From Candidatus Omnitrophota bacterium (lineage in GTDB: Bacteria; Omnitrophota; Gorgyraeia; Zapsychrales; Fredricksoniimonadaceae), in contig CAIVRE010000022.1 of NCBI GenBank assembly GCA_903908245.1, positions 864-64,863 of the forward strand: 64,000 nucleotides of DNA, read 5' to 3'. Below the pieces are notes generated by a model. That model was not told where the DNA came from and made no database searches. It saw nothing but the letters and a program-made list of their open reading frames with translations. This document shows, in pieces, positions 57,458-64,000 of the stretch (the first letter of the stretch is position 1; each line of letters opens with the position of its first letter). Position numbers and translations under genes: made by a program.

Positions 57458-60400
57458 ATGTTTCAGGCATGGACAAAGAAGATCGCGGTTGTCGTGATGG
57501 TCCTGGCGGGGAGTGTTTTTGTTTTGACTGCGAGGCCGATCTTCGGTCAGAGTGCGGGCCTGAATTCGTATCAGGCCGCGGAGCAGTTTTTCAGTGAAAA
57601 ATCCTATCAGCTTGCTTTAGACCGGTATAAGGCGTTTGCTGCTCAGCCCGGGTTAACGGCTGAGCAGAAGAGGGAGGTGTCCTTTAAGATCGCGGATTGT
57701 TCCTGGCGCAGTGGCAATTCCGGGTTTTATGAGGAAGCTTCCTTGGCGCTCAAGCATATTGTTATCGCTCCTGACCATGACCGCTGGTGGGCCGAGGCTA
57801 ATCAGTCCCTGGCCGAGTTTTTTATCCAGAACGACCGTTATCCCCACCGGGAAACCATTAAAACATTGTTGATGTCCGCCCGCGAATTTTGGAGCGGCTA
57901 TTCGGATACCGGGGTTGCCCGTCCGCGTTTTATCCGTGCGACGTTTGAGCTGGCGGAGTATGTGACTTCCAGTTGGGGATGGTATTTCGAGGCGCCGAAC
58001 CAGAATTATCAGGCTCAGAAAGAAGACGACCTTATCCCTCCGCCGGAACATCCTGGCCCGGTCGGGATCAAGGATCTGATGCAGGACATCCTTAAAGTCG
58101 CGGACAAGGCCGAGGACAAGGCCAGGGCGACGTTCATGCTGGCCACGGCCAGCATGAATACCTACGATCAATCCCGGCAGAAGGATGCGGAGAAATATTT
58201 TGAAATATTGACGAAGGATTACAGCACGAGCGAATGGGTCGACGATGCTTATTATCAGCTTGCGACGATGTATCAGCAGCACCAGGATTTTGTGAAGGCG
58301 GTCGCCGCGTACCAGGCCCTTCTTGCGAAGTTCAAGCCCGGCGAGTCGCAGTTCGTGGATGACGCCCAGCGTAATATCAAGGAGATCACGACCCCGGTGA
58401 TCCAGCCGGGTGTCGGGTATAATTTTCTGCCGGATTCCCAGGTCCGTTTTTCCCTGCGCTGGCGCAATGTCAATGAGGCTCAATTCACATTTTACAAGAT
58501 GGACCTTACGGAAGAACTGCGTTTTGATCCTATCAAGGTCACGGCGTATGATCGAGGGGTGGACAATTATGCCCGGCTTCTGAAGATCATGGTCGATACC
58601 AGGAGTTATGAGCGTTTGCCGGTGGCTCTGAGTTTCCACCGGACGCTGAAAGACGAAGGCAAGCATCTTTGGATGAGTGAGGATAAAGGCCTGGCCGAAT
58701 GGCAGATGCCGGAAGATAAGGAGGCCAAACCTGATCCGAAGTCCGGGATCCTTGCACCGGGCGCATATCTCCTGATGGTGAAGAGCAGGGAAACCGTTGC
58801 TTATGAGATGGTCGTGGTCTCTGACCTCGGGTTGGCGGTCAAGACCGCGGGGGGGAGCGCTCTCTTTTTCGCTTTCGACACGGCCAGTGGTGAGCCGAAA
58901 TCTGGTGCCAAGGTCAAATATCAATACCGTTATTACAAGAATGGCAATTATGAGTGGGACGAGGGCGCGGGGAATACCGATGAGGACGGTATCCTGAGGG
59001 TGAATTTGATGGAGGGGGATCAGCGCTACAACAACCAGCATCAACTGTTCGCGGTTGTTTCTGACGGGGAAAAACAGGCCTTTTCCCAGAGCAATTATTA
59101 TTCGTATTATGGAAATCGTGGAGAATTCTGGCTGTACGCGTTCGCTGACCGGCCGGCGTATCGCCCTAACGAGGAGGTGTCTTTCAAGGGAACGTTGCGG
59201 CGCTATGACGGGAGTACTTTTTCGACGCCTTCTCGCCTGCCGGTCAAGGTGATCCTTTATGATGCCCGTAACACCAAGGTCCTGGAGAAGGCCTACACGC
59301 TCAATGATTTTGGTTCTTTTAGCGACAGCCTGACGCTTGATGAGAAGGCAACGCTTGGGGAGTACCGTATGGAGCTTTATGCCGGCGATGGTAGCAGTCA
59401 GCTCGCGCGGGCGGCCCTGTTCCGTCTGGAGGAATACAAGCTTCCCGAATTTACGGTGACGGTGAAGCCGCGGCCCAAAGGTGAGGGGCAGTTCGCTAAT
59501 GCTTACCGTCTGGGGGACAAGCTCTCGCTTGATCTTGATGCGCAGTATTATTTCGGCGGCCCGGTGCCGAACGCGAAAGTTGAGTACCTGATCTATGAGC
59601 GGCCTGATCAGCATACGTATTATCCGGTGAGGCCGTATGAGTGGTATTACACCCAGGATCAGCAGCGGAACAATTATTATGGCAATGGACAGCTGCTTAA
59701 GAAGGGCGAGGCTGTAACGGACGCCAATGGCAAGGCGCTTATTGAATTTGAGACGGACAAGGCCAAGGGGTATGACCTTGCGTATCGCGTTGAGGCCCGC
59801 GTGGTGGATGAGAGCCGCCGCGAGATCACGGCTACGGCCGAGATCAAAGTGACTGCAAAGTCATTCTTCATATGCCAGACGCCGCGCCGGAATCTGTATC
59901 GTCCAGGGGATAAAACAGAGATCGACATTAAAACGATGACGGCTAATGACGAGCCGGTTTCGATCGAAGGCAAAGTGTCGGTCAGCCGGCATTGGTGGCA
60001 CGAGCCGGTTGTTGTTTCCAGTGAGGCTCGGTCGGACAAGGCCGTTCCCGCGCAGAATTTGCCGGCATCTCCCTATAATGATGAGGTTCTATTTACTAAA
60101 TTCATTAAGACCGATGCCAAAGGTCAGGCGGTCTTCGAGTTTTCACCTGAGCAGAATGGCTATTACAGCGTGATGGTCACCGGGTTCGATGTGGACGGAA
60201 GCCCGATCGAGTCCACGGTCAATGTTTATGTTTGTGACAAGCAGGCGAACGATATCGGTTACCGGTACAGCGGTTTGCAGATCATCGCGGAGAAGGATAC
60301 GTACAGCGTCGGGGACACGTTGCGACTGATGCTGGTGTCGGACAAGCCAGGTGCCCGTGTGCTCCTTTCGGCAGAGGCCGGGGAGATCGAGTCGGCCCAG

Positions 60401-63283
60401 CTGGTGCGGATGGACGGCCCGGTCAAGCTTGTTGAAATGCCGGTGACAGACATGTTCACACCGAATATTTTCGTGACGGCCGCATCCGCCAGCGACCAGC
60501 AGATCCGGATGCATGAACTCGAGTTGATCGTTCCGCCGGAAGGCCACTTCCTGAACGTTAAAGTGACCTCGGACAAGCCTGTTTATGGCCCGGGAGAGAA
60601 GGGAGAGTTCGGGGTTGAGGTTACCAACAGCAAAGGGCAGCCTGTTGTGGCGGAGCTGGGCTTAAGCCTTGTTGACGCGAGCGTGTTCTATATTCAGTCG
60701 GAATTGGCCGGGGATATCCGTCAGTTCTTTTTTGGAGACAAGCGTCCGCATAGTGTGCAGCTGCAGTCATCATTGAATCAGCGGCCTTATTTCAAGGTTG
60801 TCAACAAAGACCAGCCGTCTGTTGACGGGAATGAACGGGCCATGAATGGGGTGGATGCGGAGAAATCAGGAGCTGTCGGGAGAATGAAGTCGTCGGCGGA
60901 TGATATCGGTGTGCAATTCGCGGCTTCGGCGCCTGTCATGAGTGAATCCATGTCTTATGACAGGAAGGAAGAGTCCGGGAAGAAAATGCTGGCCAAGGGA
61001 GGCATGATGAATGCTTCTCGCCGGGAGTTGGAGCCTCAAGCCGCTCCCGCAGAGCTTGCTGAGGCGCAGGTCCGGCAGGATTTTCGTTCGACCGTCTTCT
61101 GGGGGCCATCGGTCGTGACGGACCAGCAGGGCAAGGCCAAGGTTTCGGTCAAGTTCCCGGATCCTCTGACGACCTGGCGGGCGACCGCGCGGGCGATCAG
61201 CCTGGGGACCGACATTGGCAATACGACTTATGATGTGACGACCAAAAAGGATATTATCGTTCGCTTGCAGGCGCCGCGGTTCTTTACCGAGCGCGATCAA
61301 GTCACGGTTTCGGCCAATGTCCATAATTACACAAAAGAGAAGCAGCATATCAAGGTGACGTTGAAAGCGTTGGGTGTAGATCTTGATGGTGCTTCGGAAG
61401 TGTGGGTTGATCTTGACCCGCAGGGAGAGAAACGTGTTGACTGGAATGTGTTGGCCGGCAAGGCGGGGCTGGCGGAGTTGACCGCCATGGCCCAGACCAC
61501 GACCGTGTCGGACGCGATGCTCAAGAAGTATCCGGTCATCCCGCATGGCATCGAGAAGTTCATTGCCAGGGCACTTGCGCTTAAGGCAGATGAGGGTGGC
61601 GCCGCGGATGGCGAGGTGACTTTTGATGTCCCGAAGGAAAGGATCAAGGAGTCCACATCGCTGCGCCTGACACTTTCTCCATCGATGGCCGCGGCCATGC
61701 TTGACGCGCTCCCGTATCTTGCGGATTATCCTTACGGTTGTGTTGAGCAGACCATGAGCCGTTTTTTGCCGGCCGTGATCGTGGCCAAGACCATGCGCGA
61801 TCTGGGGTTTGACAAGAAGGATGTGGATGACTATCTGGCGAATGTCCTTGAGCCGCGCAATGATCCCAAGGGCCATCCGCAGCGGCGCGATGATGCAACC
61901 TATTCGCGCTTGAATGACCTTGCCAGGGCAAGCCTGGACCGGCTTTATGATTTTCAGCATCCTGATGGAGGCTGGGGCTGGTGGAAGGGTGGCGATAGCG
62001 ACCGGTTCATGACCGCGTATGTGTTTTGGGGGTTGATGCTCGCCAAGGACGCGGGTAGCGATGTGCGCGGCGATGTGGTGTCGCGCGCGCTTCAGTATAT
62101 GGATAAGAATCTCGTTGAGGAAGAGAATGATCCGGATATGCTTGCATGGATGCTGCACGCCATGGCCTATGCGAAGTATCAAAGCCAGTTCCAGGATAAA
62201 CAGATCGCGCGGCTCTGGGATATGCGCGAGAAACTTAATCCTTATACGCGGGCGCTCTTTGCTGTCGGGCAGAAAGTCCGCGGCAGGGAGGACGAGGCGG
62301 CGATCCTCGCACGCAATGTTGTCAACGGGGTCATGAAGGACGACGGGGATCAGACCGCGCACTGGGGGGAAGCCGGTATGAACTACCGCTGGAGTGAAGG
62401 CGGGGTTGAGGCGACCGCCTTCAGCCTGAAGGCACTCGTTAATATCGAACCGCAAAGCGAGCTTATTGCGCCTGCGGTCAAATGGCTGTCGTTGAACCGC
62501 CGTGGAGCGAGTTGGAAGAATACCCGCGATACGGCGATCGCGATCCTGGCGCTTGCGGATTACTTGAAAGTGTCTGGCGAGTTGAACCCGGACTATGATT
62601 ATGAAGTGCTCCTTAACGGTAAGGCGATCCAGCAGGGCCATGTGAATGCGGCCAATATGTTCACTTTCGGGCGTTACATTGATCTTCCCGCTGAAGCGGT
62701 GAAGGACGGGGTGAATACGGTCAAGGTGAAAGTGAACGGGAAAGGCGCGTTGTATCTCTCGGCTTATCTGAAATATTTTACTCTTGAGGAGAATATTACG
62801 CCGGAGGGTAACGAGATATTCGTCGAACGGAAATATTTCAAGCAGTCGCAGAAAGAGACGTTGCTTAAAGGTTATGTGGAGGACTGGAAACCTCTTGCGG
62901 ATGGCGATACGCTTCAGAGCGGTGACCGCGTCAAGGTCGAGCTCGATGTTGAGGCCAAGAACAATTACGAGTATCTGATCTTCGAAGATGCGAAGCCGGC
63001 CGGGCTTGAGGCCATGGAATTAAAGAGTGGTGATGGATACGCCGAGGCGCTGGATAACAATGGTAAAGCGACCGGCGAAAAGGCGTACCTGTATCAGGAG
63101 TTCCGTGATCAGAAGGCCGTGTTCTTTGTCGACAAGATGAAGCAGGGCCACTATCGCATTGCGTATGAACTGCGGGCCGAGATCCCCGGTGATTTCCATG
63201 CCATGCCCGACCAGGCGCATGCGATGTATGTGCCCGAGATCCGCGCCAACAGTGCAGAAGGGCGGATGAAGGTGGTGGATTAA
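57458..63283 (+). CDS. Bacterial alpha-2-macroglobulin with N-terminal TPR region
   Basis: DRPAYRP, FRLEEYKLP, RQDF.ST.FW.P, PD.LTTWR, PRFF, thioester motif YPYGCVEQT, DGGWGWW, W.NTRDTA, AMYVPE. Confidence 0.93.
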   Translation: MFQAWTKKIAVVVMVLAGSVFVLTARPIFGQSAGLNSYQAAEQFFSEKSYQLALDRYKAFAAQPGLTAEQKREVSFKIADCSWRSGNSGFYEEASLALKHIVIAPDHDRWWAEANQSLAEFFIQNDRYPHRETIKTLLMSAREFWSGYSDTGVARPRFIRATFELAEYVTSSWGWYFEAPNQNYQAQKEDDLIPPPEHPGPVGIKDLMQDILKVADKAEDKARATFMLATASMNTYDQSRQKDAEKYFEILTKDYSTSEWVDDAYYQLATMYQQHQDFVKAVAAYQALLAKFKPGESQFVDDAQRNIKEITTPVIQPGVGYNFLPDSQVRFSLRWRNVNEAQFTFYKMDLTEELRFDPIKVTAYDRGVDNYARLLKIMVDTRSYERLPVALSFHRTLKDEGKHLWMSEDKGLAEWQMPEDKEAKPDPKSGILAPGAYLLMVKSRETVAYEMVVVSDLGLAVKTAGGSALFFAFDTASGEPKSGAKVKYQYRYYKNGNYEWDEGAGNTDEDGILRVNLMEGDQRYNNQHQLFAVVSDGEKQAFSQSNYYSYYGNRGEFWLYAFADRPAYRPNEEVSFKGTLRRYDGSTFSTPSRLPVKVILYDARNTKVLEKAYTLNDFGSFSDSLTLDEKATLGEYRMELYAGDGSSQLARAALFRLEEYKLPEFTVTVKPRPKGEGQFANAYRLGDKLSLDLDAQYYFGGPVPNAKVEYLIYERPDQHTYYPVRPYEWYYTQDQQRNNYYGNGQLLKKGEAVTDANGKALIEFETDKAKGYDLAYRVEARVVDESRREITATAEIKVTAKSFFICQTPRRNLYRPGDKTEIDIKTMTANDEPVSIEGKVSVSRHWWHEPVVVSSEARSDKAVPAQNLPASPYNDEVLFTKFIKTDAKGQAVFEFSPEQNGYYSVMVTGFDVDGSPIESTVNVYVCDKQANDIGYRYSGLQIIAEKDTYSVGDTLRLMLVSDKPGARVLLSAEAGEIESAQLVRMDGPVKLVEMPVTDMFTPNIFVTAASASDQQIRMHELELIVPPEGHFLNVKVTSDKPVYGPGEKGEFGVEVTNSKGQPVVAELGLSLVDASVFYIQSELAGDIRQFFFGDKRPHSVQLQSSLNQRPYFKVVNKDQPSVDGNERAMNGVDAEKSGAVGRMKSSADDIGVQFAASAPVMSESMSYDRKEESGKKMLAKGGMMNASRRELEPQAAPAELAEAQVRQDFRSTVFWGPSVVTDQQGKAKVSVKFPDPLTTWRATARAISLGTDIGNTTYDVTTKKDIIVRLQAPRFFTERDQVTVSANVHNYTKEKQHIKVTLKALGVDLDGASEVWVDLDPQGEKRVDWNVLAGKAGLAELTAMAQTTTVSDAMLKKYPVIPHGIEKFIARALALKADEGGAADGEVTFDVPKERIKESTSLRLTLSPSMAAAMLDALPYLADYPYGCVEQTMSRFLPAVIVAKTMRDLGFDKKDVDDYLANVLEPRNDPKGHPQRRDDATYSRLNDLARASLDRLYDFQHPDGGWGWWKGGDSDRFMTAYVFWGLMLAKDAGSDVRGDVVSRALQYMDKNLVEEENDPDMLAWMLHAMAYAKYQSQFQDKQIARLWDMREKLNPYTRALFAVGQKVRGREDEAAILARNVVNGVMKDDGDQTAHWGEAGMNYRWSEGGVEATAFSLKALVNIEPQSELIAPAVKWLSLNRRGASWKNTRDTAIAILALADYLKVSGELNPDYDYEVLLNGKAIQQGHVNAANMFTFGRYIDLPAEAVKDGVNTVKVKVNGKGALYLSAYLKYFTLEENITPEGNEIFVERKYFKQSQKETLLKGYVEDWKPLADGDTLQSGDRVKVELDVEAKNNYEYLIFEDAKPAGLEAMELKSGDGYAEALDNNGKATGEKAYLYQEFRDQKAVFFVDKMKQGHYRIAYELRAEIPGDFHAMPDQAHAMYVPEIRANSAEGRMKVVD

Positions 63284-63319
63284 CGTGTTGGGAAGATCAT
63301 AACAAGGCAGGTGAAGGGA

Positions 63320-64000
63320 ATGAAAAGAAATAACGAGTTGGAATTCCTGTTCAAAGAATTGAATGAAAATCCGTACAGGCGGTTGAATTTTTCTTTCATT
63401 TTGATCAGCGTTATCCCGATCCTTTCTCTTGTTTATATTCTTTTCGATATCGTTTCCAGCGGCAACAAGATCCTTTACAATATCGGGTTTATTTTGTTGT
63501 TTGCCGGGGTTATTCTGGTATTGGGGTATATTGTTGCGTATAGCGTTATAAGGAATATCGTTAATAAAACGCTGGACTATGCCGCGAAAGCGAAGCGGGC
63601 GGATGAGCTGAAATCGGCGTTTGCCATGTCTTTGGCCCATGATCTTAAAAGTCCGTTGATGACGATCAAGGCGAATATTTCAAACCTGAAAGCCGGGTTC
63701 CTTGGGAAGCTGACACCTGAACAGGATGACGCGATCAATGTTTGCAAGGAGACATCCAACCGGATGAATGCGATGATCATGGAGCTTATTGATACATTTA
63801 TGATCGAGGCCCGTGTTGCGGAATTGAAACGAACGTCTTTTGACCTTCGGGAGCTTTTTGAAGGGCAGGAGCGGGAATTGGCCAGTGTCGCCGACAGGAG
63901 AAATATTTCCATCAAGCTTGAGATCCCGTTGAAGCCTCTTCTGGTCAGGGCGGATAAAGAAAAGATCCTTCGGGCGGTCAATAATCTTTTTAATAATTCC
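63320..64000 (+). CDS. Membrane sensor histidine kinase (3' truncated, not in ORF track)
   Basis: ATG at 63320, two TMs, ADELKSAFAMSLAHDLKSPL (H-box), FDLREL, ADKEKILRAVNNLFNN (N-box). Open to the window end. Confidence 0.88.
   Translation, partial: MKRNNELEFLFKELNENPYRRLNFSFILISVIPILSLVYILFDIVSSGNKILYNIGFILLFAGVILVLGYIVAYSVIRNIVNKTLDYAAKAKRADELKSAFAMSLAHDLKSPLMTIKANISNLKAGFLGKLTPEQDDAINVCKETSNRMNAMIMELIDTFMIEARVAELKRTSFDLRELFEGQERELASVADRRNISIKLEIPLKPLLVRADKEKILRAVNNLFNNS

Noticed and set aside
57653-62641. 653-aa and 591-aa minus-strand ORFs
   Set aside because: They are antisense shadows of the alpha-2-macroglobulin gene.
63020-63981. Minus-strand ORFs at the window end
   Set aside because: The + strand encodes a clear histidine kinase from 63320, which the track missed because it has no stop within the window.

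Overview
Bacterial chromosomal window, almost entirely coded on the + strand. The gene repertoire suggests an anaerobic diderm such as Candidatus Omnitrophota/PVC (inference, not tested). In order: partial dinD, an uncalled 50-aa CPxCG zinc-ribbon gene and addB-addA. Next is an AT-richer accessory patch (~7.24-11.7 kb) with a structured leader, an orphan HTH + phage terminase large-subunit pair with no portal or capsid, relic HTH DNA, and a DUF4160/DUF2442 toxin-antitoxin pair between ~80-bp imperfect direct repeats. Then come two SulP anion transporters and an ArsR-PtsN-Ehr operon (a hydrogenase-4-related complex with no Ni site), followed by HD-GYP, a GT-C-like membrane protein, TPR, OmpA-LysM, an M16 peptidase and an orphan secretion ATPase. 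After these: tRNA-Arg(ACG)-tadA, tRNA-Ser, tRNA-Asn with a 1.2-kb islet closed by a duplicated tRNA 3' end, an extended kdp operon, a TetR-OMF-MFP-RND efflux operon, and comEA-comEC-PLD nuclease. The window ends with several small genes, a radical SAM enzyme, an alpha-2-macroglobulin and a partial histidine kinase. The best leads for undescribed biology are the orphan terminase module, the comEC (no nuclease domain) plus PLD nuclease operon, and the SulP-linked Ehr complex with a deleted ferredoxin module. All family calls come from motif recognition by eye; no searches were run.
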